A stretch of DNA of 64,000 nucleotides. Origin: Octopus sinensis. Taxonomy: Eukaryota. The stretch covers positions 3,224,001 to 3,288,000 of the forward strand of contig NC_043016.1 of the NCBI RefSeq assembly GCF_006345805.1, given 5' to 3'. Shown one piece after another: positions 39,697-53,044 of the stretch. Position 1 is the stretch's first letter. Every line of letters starts with the position of its first letter. A program made the translations under genes and the position numbers. The notes under the pieces are model-generated. The model worked only from the letters and a program-made list of their open reading frames with translations. It was not told the DNA's origin and made no database searches.

Positions 39697-40038
39697 CCTG
39701 ATTTAGTCCCACTGTGCGACACCTTGGGCAAGTGTCTACTACTACTTACAGCCTTTTTAGTGGATTAAGATAGACTGAAACTGAAAGAAGCTCGTCGTAT
39801 ACTTATGTGTGTGTCTGTTCCCCCCCCCTGCCGTCGCTTGACGACCGATGTTTACATCCAGGTAACTGAGCTTCAGTTGTTCCTTATTATTTTTATTGTT
39901 GTTGTTGTTTCTATTATTATTCTGGCAGAATCGTTAGCACGCTAGGCGAATCACTTTGCGGCAGCATTTCGTCTGTCTTTATGTTCTGAGTTCAAATTCC
40001 ATCCAGGTTGATTTTGCCTTTCATTCTTCCGGGGTTGA
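39697..40038 (+). repeat. 342 bp direct duplicate of AK7 intron 1 segment 41858-42205
   Basis: Identical by eye except one G/A substitution and a 6 nt longer C-tract; spans parts of two different SINEs. Confidence 0.92.
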
Positions 40039-40774
40039 AGAAAATTTGTGTGATTTAAAAAAAAAAATTCTTTGTAAATCTAACGAAAACTCCCTTTTCG
40101 TCCATTATCGTATGTAGTGCTTTGTTGTTGTAACTGTTGTTGTTTTAAGCTGGTGAACGGGCAGAATCGTTAGCGCAGCAGGCAAAATGCTAAGTGACAT
40201 TTCGTCCGTCTTTACGTTCTGAGTTGAAACTCCGCCAGGGTCGATGAAATAAGTACTAGTTGAGCACAGGGGTGGGGTCGATGCAATCGACCAGTCCCCT
40301 CCTACCAAATTTCAGGCCTTGGTCACATAGAAAGTATTGTTTATTGTTGTTCAACCTCAGCACGACCGTTGGTCATAGTTTAATACATCTATGATCGACA
40401 TTATCTTTTGTGCCTTCCTTTTTCTTAAACGATACTGCGAAATTTGAGGCAGATTTTGTTGGTTGGTTGTTATTGTTATTGTGGTTGCTGTTGTTGTATT
40501 CAGTTTGTCTTCTGTGTAACAAAACTACGCATCAAACGGCTGAGTTAAAATTCCTTCAGATTTGCGGAAAATAGTTACCACTAATATATTTTACCAAATC
40601 ACTTACCTGAATCACTATTCACATGAACAAGAAAAATTAAGGCGAAAATGAAAAAAGAAAGGGGGGAAAAAAAGAAACAAAACGAATCGTCAATTATTAT
40701 TAAAACTCATTCATTGAAATAAAATCATTTTCACTTCGTATAACAAAGTTATCTCCCTTCGATCAAAGAATTTT

Positions 40775-40787
40775 GTTGCTAGGCAAC
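40775..40787. promoter_or_regulatory. RFX X-box GTTGCTAGGCAAC in the AK7 promoter/5' UTR
   Basis: GTTGC/GCAAC palindromic arms matching the RFX motif, 26 nt upstream of the ATG of a motile-cilium gene. Confidence 0.75.
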
Positions 40788-40813
40788 TTGCTGACACGCT
40801 ACCGAAGGACAAC

Positions 40814-40891
40814 ATGGCAAACATTGAAAGAACACCTAAGACAATTTTTATTAACAATGTTGACCTTTTCAATGGTTGGAATATAGCAGAA
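40814..40891 (+). CDS. AK7: Adenylate kinase 7, coding exon 1 (MANIERTPKTIFINNVDLFNGWNIAE)
   Basis: ATG in aacATGG context; 78 nt ending at GAA|gtaagc donor (phase 0). Peptide resembles the vertebrate AK7 N-terminus as recalled (RVFINLLDSYSSGNIGK) and splices in frame to the next three exons. Confidence 0.9.
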
Positions 40892-41391
40892 GTAAGCATT
40901 ATCTTTCACTGGTGTGTGTATAGCGTGTGTGTATGTGTGTGTGTTTTTCTATTTGTGACTCCCGTCAACGTCCGAGATTGAAACTGATTTCCCGCATTAA
41001 CGAGTGAAAGGAAACGACCTGTTGATTCTCTCGTTGTTATTATTGTTGTTTAGTACCAGATCAGCACCGTTTTATATTCATTGTCATTTAATGTCCATGG
41101 TGTCCTTTAAAGTCGGAAACGTGTATGATAAGAAGCAAAAAAGGAATTTGGCTGATGTGTTAGCATGTCCGGGGGAAGATTAAGAAGCGACCACGTTTCT
41201 ATCACAGGGTGTATATTTTATTGCTCTTACACTCATGCGCACAAAGCATACACCCGTCAAGCAGTATATTATATAGAAAAAGTTTCCACACTATTTTACG
41301 GAATAAATTATTTTATACTGTATCTTTAGACTGGCTAAAAGAGTAATTTAAGGTGCTTTCGTCTTTTTTTCTTCTTATTTTTCTTACATGC

Positions 41392-41702
<311 letters not shown>

Positions 41703-42376
41703 TCACTCTGAAACGTGCGCGCACGCACACACACACACACACAGGGCAGCGTGAAAGCGAAGTGCATATATATATATATATATATATATACATACATGCA
41801 TATAAACGTATAGATATGACTGTGTGGTAAGCAGCTTGCTTTCCAACCATAAAGGTTCCTGATTTAGTCCCACTGTGCGACACCTTGGGCAAGTGTCTAC
41901 TACTACTTACAGCCTTTTTAGTGGATTAAGATAGACTGAAACTGAAAGAAGCTCGTCGTATACTTATGTGTGTGTCTGTTCCTCCCCCCCCCCCCTGCCG
42001 TCGCTTGACAACCGATGTTTACATCCAGGTAACTGAGCTTCAGTTGTTCCTTATTATTTTTATTGTTGTTGTTGTTTCTATTATTATTCTGGCAGAATCG
42101 TTAGCACGCTAGGCGAATCACTTTGCGGCAGCATTTCGTCTGTCTTTATGTTCTGAGTTCAAATTCCATCCAGGTTGATTTTGCCTTTCATTCTTCCGGG
42201 GTTGATAAATTAAGTACCAGTGAAATACTTGGGTCGATGTAATTGACTAGTCCCTTTCCACAAAATTTCAGGCCTTGTGCCTTTAGTAGAAAAGATTATT
42301 ATTATCATTATCGTTATTATTGTCATTGTTATTATTATTATTATTATCATCATTATTATCATTATTATTATTATCA

Positions 42377-42434
<58 letters not shown>

Positions 42435-42447
42435 TATTATTATTATT

Positions 42448-42663
42448 GAATGAGGGAGCAGAGCATGCCATCAAAGTGACACTGGGGTAAAATATACGAA
42501 GCCCAATATACCCATCATGATTACCCGTCTGATAAAGGTACACCAGGCACATGCATCACAACCATATGTGCGCGACATGGTGTATTATTATTATCATTAT
42601 TATTATATTATTATTATTATTATTATTATCATTATTATTATTATCATCATCATCATCATCATC

Positions 42664-42695
<32 letters not shown>

Positions 42696-43292
42696 CATTA
42701 TTATTATTACTATTATTATTATTATTATTATTATTATTGAGTGAGAGAGCAGTGCATGCCATCAAAGTGACACTGGGGTAAAATATACGAAGCCAATATA
42801 CCCATCATGACTACCCGTCTGATAAAGGTACACCAGGCACATGCATCACAACCATATGTGCGTGACATGGTGATCTCATATCAAGATAAACAGCACATGA
42901 CCTTGCAGGTGGGGCCCAGTTAGAATTTTCTTCAGATTGAGTAGCCCATCCCGCTCAAACGGTCCCTGAATAAGGGTTGTTTAAGGATGTTGAAAGAACC
43001 ACCCATGTTTCCAGAGGTGAACTATTCAAACCCCAAAGAATCCCTCTCAACACATGGCTATGATGCTCCCCCACTACTTCTGCTCGTGATCAGAGATGCA
43101 CATATCGTCAGCCACTAAGGGACATGCTCAACTGGTTAAGGTCAAACAACTGACAAGCAAATCTGTGGTATTGAGCAGAATATTTGCTGTAGCCCATCTT
43201 TTATACCAAGACAAAACAATGTACATGATAACACTTCCAATCAGTTAAGATCAGAAGCCATGAGAGCCACTGCCTGGTACTGCATCAGGGCA
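42448..43292. mobile_element. (ATT)n-embedded ~550 bp element: partial copy (42448-42583) then full copy (42739-43292)
   Basis: gagcag.gcatgccatcaaagtgacactggggtaaaatatacg... occurs twice; (ATT)n at every junction. Confidence 0.85.
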
Positions 43293-43311
43293 TTTATTAT
43301 TATTATTATTA

Positions 43312-43354
<43 letters not shown>

Positions 43355-43416
43355 CATTATTATTATATTATTATCATTATTATTATATTATTATCATTAT
43401 TATTATTATATTATTA

Positions 43417-43448
<32 letters not shown>

Positions 43449-43912
43449 GGCTAAAACATTACAGTGTACTTTCTGTTTGAGTTATTTCGATAGGTTCACG
43501 TATGCAAATTATACTGCTCTAAATCTCCATTACCAGTTTTTCTACTTACAAACAGATTTATCAACTAATAAAAGCTTGCTTGAATAGAAAGTGATAACAT
43601 GATAAGGTTTGATAAAACTGAAACATATATAATAGCTGTCACCTTGCTTGCTTACACAAACAGATGGCTTACTCCCTTAGCTTGTAAATTTTATTTTACC
43701 TGAAACTGTTTTCAAATTTCTTGAAATTATCTCCCCTTCTCTCTGAGCATTTCTGGCATTTACTTCTATATTTTTGCTTTCTTTCTCCAACTAAGAGGCA
43801 AAATCAACATCATGTGTGCAAATAATCTAGATCTACATAATCTAAATCTAAATGGTGATAAGTGTATACTGTAGCATAGTAGTATAAGTGTACTTCCAAA
43901 TTAATAAACAAT

Positions 43913-44146
43913 TTAACCTTTAAATGTTCAGTGTTCAGATTATTCTCTTAAATGTAAAACTCTTTAACTCGTGTTATTTTCAATTAACTCCTGTGTCATC
44001 TCGTAATTTAAATATTTCAATGATATGATTGTATATTTTTTTAATAACATTGTAGGGGAGGTGTGAGAGGTCACATCTGGCCAGTTGGGACATGAAACGT
44101 AGAATATTTGGGCCGGGTGTGGCCAGTTTAAATGCTAAAGAATTAA
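43913..44146. mobile_element. TTAA-flanked MITE (piggyBac-like); second copy at 52587-52785
   Basis: TTAAcctt...aatgctaaagaaTTAA; 3' half homologous to 52690-52785. Confidence 0.55.
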
Positions 44147-44587
44147 AGTGCAAAATAGAATATAAATACTAATGAAGAAGAAGAAGAGGTGGTTGAGTCC
44201 AGGAACAAAATTGAACTCTAATCTACGCTATACTAGGATGGAGCAGAAATGGTCTTGTTACTCATGATGTGATGGTGTGATTTGATCTAAAGTTACTGAT
44301 ATGAGAAATGAGTAGAGGCTGTCTGTGAGAATTTACATGCCAGACATTGTTGAAGAATTTGCCCAGGTGCAGAGCAGCGCTATTATGGAACTTCTCTAAA
44401 GCAAGACTAATGAACTACATAAGAGAGAAGGTCTCTGGTTGGGTCTGTCTGCCTCTTCACCCCCCCTCTCTCTCACTCACTTTCTCTCTCTCATATGTAT
44501 ATACATATATGTGTGTATGTGTATGTGTACCATTATACATACATGTGTATGCACATACACACACACACACACTCACACATATATAAG

Positions 44588-45600
44588 TAGGAAGGCGAAT
44601 AAATCACACATGGTAGATGGCCCTGCTCGATCTATAGAAAGGGTGTAGGTAGAAACTCTATAAGATGTACCCAGTGTAAGCTATGAACGCATAAGAAGTG
44701 CAGCATCATCAAAGGAAGGTTAGCTGGGATGATAGTTTTTGTGTGCGGCAGATGCACAGGGGCAATAAACACCAAAAAGATGCTCAGAAAACAGACTCTA
44801 TCACATGTCAGGGGAAGAAACCAGAAGTAGTTGATAGCTTTTGCTACCTAGGTGACCAATTCTGAAGTGGAGGGGTGGATGCTCTGAAAGCATTGCTACT
44901 AGAACAAGAATAAGCTGGGCAAAGTTCAGAAAGCTCCTACCTCTGCTGATAACAAAGAGCCACTTGCTTAGTGTGAAACGGAGACTGTATGACACATATT
45001 TGCAAGCAGCCATGGTACACGGCAGTGAAACATGGGCTGTGACTGCTGAGGACATGCGTAAGCTTGAAAGAAATGAAGCTAGTATGCTCTGCTGGATGTG
45101 TAATGTCAGTGTGCACAATGAGAGCTGTGTGAAGACGTGTCATTCCCTAACAGTGGAAGGAACCCATGGAAGAGGGAGACCCAGGAAAACATGGAATGAG
45201 GTGAGGCAATGACAAGAGACCAAGACCTCTAGAGACATGTTGTAATGGAGAAAACCTGGCAAGTAAATCGCAGCCATAGCCTATACCAGTGTCACATGAC
45301 CAGCCCATTTTAAAAGTACATTTGAATCGTCAGGCAACATGCTGTGCTTGGAGAGACTTATTAAGTCAAGTGAAATCAAAATCAGAATCTCAATCAAATC
45401 GAAATCAAAAATGGAAATTGTAGTTGTTGCTGATGCCAGTGCCACCTGACTGGCTCCTGTGCTGGTGGCACGCAATAAGCACCATTCATGTGTGAGCCAA
45501 TGCCAGTGCTACCAGACTGCCTTGCCATTCCCCTGTCAAACCGTCCAACCCATGCCAGCTTGGAAAATGCATGTTAAACAATGATGATGATGATGATGAT
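44588..45600 (+). mobile_element. RTE LINE 3' fragment with (GAT)n tail
   Basis: AAMVHGSETWAVTAEDMRKLERNEASM...GRGRPRKTW; homologous to 57375-58200. Confidence 0.88.
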
Positions 45601-45885
45601 GATACATACATACCTCCATACATACATTCGTACATTCATACATACCTACATACATATATACATACATGCATATATACATACATACATACACACACATACA
45701 TACCTACATACATACATACATACACATACATACATACATACATACATTACATACATACATTACATACATACACACACATACATACATACATACATACATA
45801 CATACATACATACATACATACATACATACATACATGCATACATACATATATGTTGCGAGTCTCCTTCTAGTATGTGTTCTTTTGT

Positions 45886-46200
45886 GAAGGCATGTGGCTT
45901 AGAGGTTAGGACATTTGGCTCCCAATTGTAAAGTTATGAGTTCAATTCCTGGCAACATGTGTCCTTGAGCAAGACACTTTATTTCACATTGCTCCAGTCC
46001 ACTCAGCTGGCAAAAATGAGTTGAACTTGCATTTCAAAAGGACCAGCCTTGTCACATTCTGTGTCACACTGAATCTCCCTGAGATCTACGCTAAGGGTAC
46101 ACGTGGATTGCTCAGCCAATCACACGTTAATTTCACGAACAGGCTGTTCCGTTTATCAGATCAACTGGAACCCTCATCGTCGTAACCGTCGGAGTACTCC
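45886..46200 (+). mobile_element. SINE family C
   Basis: Homologous to 39160-39452. Confidence 0.82.
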
Positions 46201-47029
46201 TATGTGTTCTTTTAGTATAAATTGCTACTGTGACCCATTTAGTGTGACCCAGTTTTGGCAAACATTCTAGTATTAGTCATAGTATTATAGAAAACATCTT
46301 ATGGTGATTTTAGTAAAATTCCTTATGTTACTCATATTGTTGATGTTACTATCTTAGTATGATCTAGTTTTGGTAAACATTGTATTGTTAGTCACATTGT
46401 GATGCAACCATCTTAATGTGACCTCGTGTCTCTAAATATTCTAATATTAGTCACTGCTACAGTGGATGTCTTACTGCACAGTTATCTTAGATTAAAAAAA
46501 AGTTAATTATGTTATTGTTAATTAACCTCACAATCAACCCTAATCAAGCAACATCAAAGATGTTCTATCCATGACACTCTAACTGTTATTCAGACACAGA
46601 GTATATACAAATTTATTCAGCCGAGCTGGCAGAAACGTTAGCATGCTGGGTGCAATGCTTAGCAGTATTTTGAGTTCAAACTCCACTGAAATTGACTTTG
46701 ACTTTAATCCTTTCGGGTTCAATAAATTAAGTACCAGTTACATACTGGGGTTGATCTAATTGACTGGACCCTCCCCCAAAATTTCAGATCTTGTACCTAA
46801 AGTAGAAAAAAATATGTATTTTCTTTCTTTAAATTAGTAAAATATGATTTGGGGAAGACTTGTCATTGACTCACCTCATCCCATGTCTTCAAGCTTACAC
46901 ATGTCCTCAGCAGTCACAGCCCATGTTTCACTGCCGTGTAGCATGGCTGCTTGCACATATGTGTCATAGTAATAAGATTAAAACAAAGACATTTTGATAT
47001 GGTCAAATTAGCCAGGTCACACATATACT

Positions 47030-47680
47030 CTTTTACTCTTTTACACGTTTCAGTAATTTGATTGCAGCCATGCTGGAGCATCCCCATTTAGTCGAACAAA
47101 TAGACCCCAGGACTTACTCTTTGTAAGCCTAGTACTTATTTAATCGGTATAGACACACACACACACACATACGTACATACATACATACATACACACATAC
47201 ATGCATGCATGCATACATACATACATACATACATTCATACATACATACATACGTCCAAACTCTATCTACCCATCCCTACAGAACACTGAAGAGATGGAGA
47301 TAGCATGGAAGATATCATTGTCTCTTGGCTGAAACAGCCGTAAGGAACTGATCTTTTAATCTTTTACTCTTTTATATATTACTAGTATATATTTGTGTAG
47401 CACACAGTCTTTGTATGTATATTCTTATAATACTCCCTTTTGTTTTGGAATAAATAGACATAACAGAATGTCTACCTGCTGATGTATCCTCTCCATTTTC
47501 TTTTTGCTGTGTATATATATGATGGGCTTCTTTCAGTTTCCTTGTACCAAATCCACTCACAGGGTTTTGGTCGGCCCAAGGCTACAGTAGAAGATACTTG
47601 CCCAAGGTGCCGTGCAGTGGGACTGAACCTAGAACCAGGTGGTTGGGAAGCAAGCTTCTTACCATGCAGCCATACCAGTA
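47030..47680 (-). mobile_element. SINE family B with internal microsatellite
   Basis: Head at 47520-47680 and tail at 47030-47150 in reverse orientation. Confidence 0.7.
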
Positions 47681-47787
47681 TGTGAGACCTTCTTAGAAAT
47701 TGCCCATGAATAAAGTCGGTCTCAGAAGTCATTACAGAAACTGCTCTGTGTTATTCATTGTAAACATGCTTCCTTTTTCTATTACAG

Positions 47788-47958
47788 TACCTGTCTACCT
47801 GCCAGGTAGGAGCAACATTGGATGAAGAAGATGAAGAAATGGCTGATGAAGAAGCAGAACGTGACATGCAACCTACAAAAGACGACTGCTACGAAGTCTA
47901 CGGAACAATATCAAGCAAGGAAAATGATAGACCGAAATTTGTCAAGGAGATTATCGAA
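47788..47958 (+). CDS. AK7: AK7 coding exon 2 (YLSTCQVGATLDEEDEEMADEEAERDMQPTKDDCYEVYGTISSKENDRPKFVKEIIE)
   Basis: Acceptor cttcctttttctattacag|, 171 nt open, donor |gtatgt, phase 0/0. Matches recalled AK7 FLSNCVVGASLEE, the acidic tract and GTL...RP.F. Confidence 0.92.
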
Positions 47959-48019
47959 GTATGTTCAAACACTGTCTACATGATCTACATGCTTAGATAT
48001 ACATATATACATATCTATT

Positions 48020-48248
48020 TCTTTATTACCCACAAGGGGATAAACATAGAGGGGACAAACAAGGACAGACAAAGGAATTAAGTCGATTACATCGACCCCA
48101 GTGCATAACCAGTACTTAATTTATCAACCCCGAAAGGATGAAAAGCAAAGTCGACCTCGGCGGAATTTGAACTCAGAACGTAACGGCAGACGAAATACGG
48201 CTACACATTTCACTCAGCGTGCTAACGTTTCTGCCAGCTCGCCGCCTT
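48020..48248 (-). mobile_element. SINE family A
   Basis: Full head to tail; about 60 bp downstream of the AK7 exon 2 donor. Confidence 0.85.
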
Positions 48249-48439
48249 CGTATATACATATATACATATCAACATAGCCCACACTGAATTAGATCACTAT
48301 ATAAATGTGTGTGTGTGTGTGTTTGTGTGTGTACATATATGTATGTATTTGGCACATGTGACTAACTACTCAGGCTACATAGAAGGCATTAAGGCAATGA
48401 ATTATTAACAAATTTTTTTCTCAGTCACTCATAATCTGT

Positions 48440-49620
48440 ACTTCCTGCTGCTATTGAAGTGAGCTTTATATTTCTCTAGAATCCTCCACTTCATGCGGTA
48501 CTTGGTGGCACTTTCTTCCAGTAACCATACAAGCTTGGTCAGGGTTGTGGCATTATATCACTTGGATTTTGAAGGAGGACTGGTAGTTATTATAGCAGGT
48601 TCTGAAGGGGCCTTCAGTTGTTCCTTTCACACATTTGGTTGCCCATTTCAACCTATTGTTGTAACCTCTGTCTTGTGTACAACAGTTTCCATATTACAGT
48701 GGCCATTCAGTGGACATGCTGCACTGCCCCTACATGAGCATCCCGCTCTCTGTCTCAGGGGTGGGCCTACGTACTAAAATATTTTTCACATCAAATGCAC
48801 AGTTAAAGAGTGTGCCTATTAAATATTTTACTGAACCTATTTGTACAAGGGAAGTGTTTCTCTAATAAACTAAGGAAAATCTTACCTAATCAGGCTTTAA
48901 CACTTCAAGAGAGATGGTGCAAACCAGAACACACTCTGGTGGTGCTTTTTCTTGGTGGAATTAGGGTATGGTGTGTAACTTATTCTATCCTTGAAATTGC
49001 TGGTAGCCAGAGCTTCAATGTAGTATGGTGGGGTGGGAGTGGGGGTGGAATGAAAAATCTCTTTGAAGATGGGTTGAGATTCTTCTGGTGATACCCTTAC
49101 TAGGTTCTTGAAAACTATGGCTGGATGACAGGAACCTGTGCTAATATATGATAGCTTTTCATCTGGCTTCCTAAAGGGTCTATATGCACTGGCCTCAAAG
49201 TCTAGGGCCATGTCACAGAAACCCACCATTTTCAGGGTTTCTATTGTGACCTTGAGTCCAAAGGAATTTATGGTGCTGGTAAGGTCCTTTCTGAGCTTAT
49301 CTAGCATGTGGCTGTTTGCCCCTTTTGATATTGCCAGTGCGTCATCCCTGTAGAGACCAAAGCTAGAGGAGTGGAACTGCTTTTTGAGTAAATCTAGGAC
49401 AAAGCACCCATGGCCATATTGAAGCAGCCTTCTGGGTCAGTTCGTCTGGTCCAGGCCAATCCCTTATTGAAGAGTAGGGTTCTTTTGGTGTGCATGATAA
49501 TGCATATGTTCTTGTTAATTTCAGTGTAGGGCTAGTGAAACCCAGTGCCTTAAAAAGGAGCTCGCTTGACAGAGATGGGTAAAAGTCTTCTTTATTGAAT
49601 TAATCAAACTTAGCTCTACC
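48440..49620 (-). mobile_element. Penelope-like element remnant (RT plus GIY-YIG; Nematis-like, tentative) in AK7 intron 2
   Basis: GLYRDDALA, GLKVTIE, YRPFRKP..KLSYI..GSCHP, KHFP...KIFNRHT, CSC...CPLNGHC, GTTEGPF..CYNNYQSSF. Confidence 0.85.
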
Positions 49621-49859
49621 ACTTCTCTTAGTTTTAAAGCATGTTATGACCTGACCTCACTAATATTACACCATAGGGCAAGATCAGAAGCACTTCTAAT
49701 GCCATTATTGATGTGTGTGTGTGTGTCTGGGTGTATATGTGTATGTGTGTGCATCTTTATATTTGTCCCCCACCAACACTTGACTACCAGTGCTTGTGTA
49801 TTTATATCCCTGTAACTTAGCAGTTCAGCAAAAGTGAATATATGCATATATATTATATA

Positions 49860-50501
49860 CTAGCTTAAGGTGACCCACTCTACGCGTGGGTGAGGTTGTG
49901 GTTGTTACTTTCTGTTGCTTCCTTTCTGTTTCTTATCACCACATTCTCCCTCTTTATTTCTCTCTCCTTTCTGTCCCACTTTCCCACTCTCTTACTCTTC
50001 TTTTCTCTCGGACTCTCCCTCGCTTTCTCTTACTCTCTATCTTTCTCTCTCTCTCTCTCTCTCTCTCTCCCATTTATAAACAACAAAAGATCTTGAGTAA
50101 GTTGAGAAAGAATATATTTTTATGCTTTTTAAACCCTTCGTCTTTATTCTCATTCACTCATTATTACTTTCTCCCTTCTTTTCACTTTCTCTCTATAACG
50201 TCATTTGATAGCATCTACTATCTTTCCTCCGCTACCTTCGCCAGCGCTGTCACTCTCTCTCTCTCTCTCTACGTCTGTCTGCATTCATAGAGAGATTTAT
50301 CATCGCCACCACCACCACCACACAATCATGAGAATATTTCTCTCTATACATAGATAGAGAGAGAGAGGGGAGAGCGAAAGTAATAATGAGTGAATGAGAA
50401 TAACAACGAAGGGTTTAAAAGCGTAAAAATATTGAAGGCGACGGAGGAAAGATAGTAGACGCTATCAAACGACGTTATAGAGAGAAAGTGAAAGGAAGGG
50501 A

Positions 50502-50537
<36 letters not shown>

Positions 50538-50757
50538 GAAGACAGGCAGATAATAGAATGAGAGTAGACTTGTCAAAATGTGCGTTTTCCACCCTAGCAA
50601 CGACACCCTAAGATAGGGATTTCTAACCTAGCCCACTAACATCCTCACCTCATTTTACATGTCCCTGTAAATTTTGGAGTCAATCCGACCCCATCTAGTG
50701 CCCCTTAACCTGTTCCAATGCCAAAATCAGAAAACTTTTCGCATTTCAGAATTATAA
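49860..50757 (-). mobile_element. Non-autonomous Helitron
   Basis: Minus-strand 3' end: ACCCAC-7nt-GTGGGT hairpin, 9 nt, CTAG, then T. Core ccctgtaaattttggagtcaatccgacc near the other end. The right boundary is approximate. Confidence 0.65.
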
Positions 50758-50766
50758 TATAATATA

Positions 50767-50798
<32 letters not shown>

Positions 50799-51185
50799 GT
50801 ATATATATTTTAAAGAATGGCTGAAAGGAGAAGAGTGTTACTTGAGTGACAAACAAACAAACACAGGTATAGCTGTGTGTAACGAGGAATTTTAATAGGT
50901 TGTATGTGGGTCTTATTCTACTACAGGGAAAATAAAAGGATAAATACAATAAATTATATTAATACAAATAATTGTGTAATTACTAAATAAATTATATACT
51001 TTTAAATTGCTTGGTAAGCACTATGCATGAACCTCCAGCCCCTTGAGTCACATCCTTGATGTTATGTAAGATCAAGAGTGGGGGGCTTGTTTGGAGTTTA
51101 GCAAAACACCCCACACCACCACTGTCTCCTCCTCCTCCTCTTGCTTCTTCTCAATATTATTATTATTATTATTATTATCATTTTA

Positions 51186-51222
<37 letters not shown>

Positions 51223-51224
51223 TA

Positions 51225-51275
<51 letters not shown>

Positions 51276-51413
51276 CATTTCATTATTATTATTATTATCA
51301 TTATTATTATTATTATTATCATCATTATCATTATTATTATTATTATTATCATTATTGTTATTATTATCATTATTATTATTATCATTATCATTCATTATTC
51401 TTTATTATCATTA

Positions 51414-51475
<62 letters not shown>

Positions 51476-51512
51476 CATATTGTTATTATTATCTATTATT
51501 ATTATTATTATC

Positions 51513-51548
<36 letters not shown>

Positions 51549-51754
51549 TAGGGCGGCAAGTGTGCCACACAAAATGCTAACAGTATTTTTCCCCGTCACA
51601 ATATTTTGAGTTCAAATTCTGCTGAGGTCAACTTTGCCTTTCATCATTTTAGGGTTGATAAATTAAGTACCAGTTACACACTGGGGTTGATGTAATCAAC
51701 TGAATTCCTTTACCCAAATTTGTGGCCTTCTGCTTCAAGTAGAAAGGATTATTA

Positions 51755-51794
<40 letters not shown>

Positions 51795-51829
51795 GGTGCA
51801 AAGTCCCCTTTTTGCACATAAAAAACACC

Positions 51830-52230
51830 ATTTTGAGCATGGCCATTGTCAGTACTGCCAGACTGGCACATAAAAGCACCCACAACACTCTTGGAGTGGT
51901 TGGTGTTAGGAAGGGCATCCAGCTGTAGAAACTCTGCCAGATCAGACTGGAGCCTGGTGCAGCCATCTGGTTTGCCAGACCTCAGTCAAATCGTCAATGG
52001 AAAGCAAACGTTAAACAATGATGATGATGATGATGATGATCAAGGCGGTAAGTGAAATGCTTAGAAGCATTTCATCCATCTTTATGGTCTGAGTTCAAAT
52101 TCTGCCAAGGAGTTACCTTTGCCTTTCATCCTTTTCAGGTTGACAAAATAAGTACTTTCCCGCTCCCCTGAAATTGCTGGCTTTGTGCCAAAATTTGAAA
52201 TCATCATCATCATTATCATCATCATCATTA
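51830..52230 (+). mobile_element. RTE 3' UTR fragment with (GAT)n tail followed by SINE family A with (ATC)n tail
   Basis: 51860-52010 matches 58600-58750; the SINE head starts at 52041. Confidence 0.8.
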
Positions 52231-52252
52231 TTGTTGTTTCATTTATTTTCAG

Positions 52253-52361
52253 TTCAGCGCACGGGATGAACTATATAAGCGCCTTATTGAATTTGATATC
52301 ATTGTGTATGATATCACACATGATCATGACCAGATTGATGAAGCTACCTGGGTTGTTTCTG
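52253..52361 (+). CDS. AK7: AK7 coding exon 3 (FSARDELYKRLIEFDIIVYDITHDHDQIDEATWVVS+G)
   Basis: Acceptor atttattttcag|, 109 nt, donor |gtgagg, phase 0/1. Matches recalled AK7 LLECDVIIYNIT...EEAIWAVS. Confidence 0.93.
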
Positions 52362-52385
52362 GTGAGGATAATACTTATCAGTGTG

Positions 52386-52465
<80 letters not shown>

Positions 52466-52890
52466 TACACACATAAACATGTAACATACTTTTATTCTTA
52501 TTCATATTTGACGCAGCTATTGCTCAAAGGGTGCAACAAACCTTGTACCAATTTTCAAACTTGGTATTAATTCTGTCAGATTTCACTTAGTCTCTTTAGT
52601 TTTCAGATCACTCTGTCAAATGTAATAGTTCTTATGCTTTTACATGTAGCTTTGTGATTTTGATGGGGAAACTGTTTAGAATGATGTTGTAGGGTTGCTG
52701 TGAAAGGTCAGATCTCACCAGTTTGAGCATAAAGCAGGTGGAATATATGGGCTGGGTGTGGCCAGTTTAAATGGCAAACGATTAAATTACATGACAATAA
52801 AAAAAAAGCATTTGCTTTAAAGTGATATCAACTTTTAAACAGATACAAAGATACAATGAATACTCATCATACACATACATATGCATATAT

Positions 52891-52967
<77 letters not shown>

Positions 52968-53044
52968 ATTCAAAGGAACATGGTACTTAAGTTAGATGCA
53001 CCAGAATTTTGTATGGTGTTATCCATATAAATCCATGGGATGAT

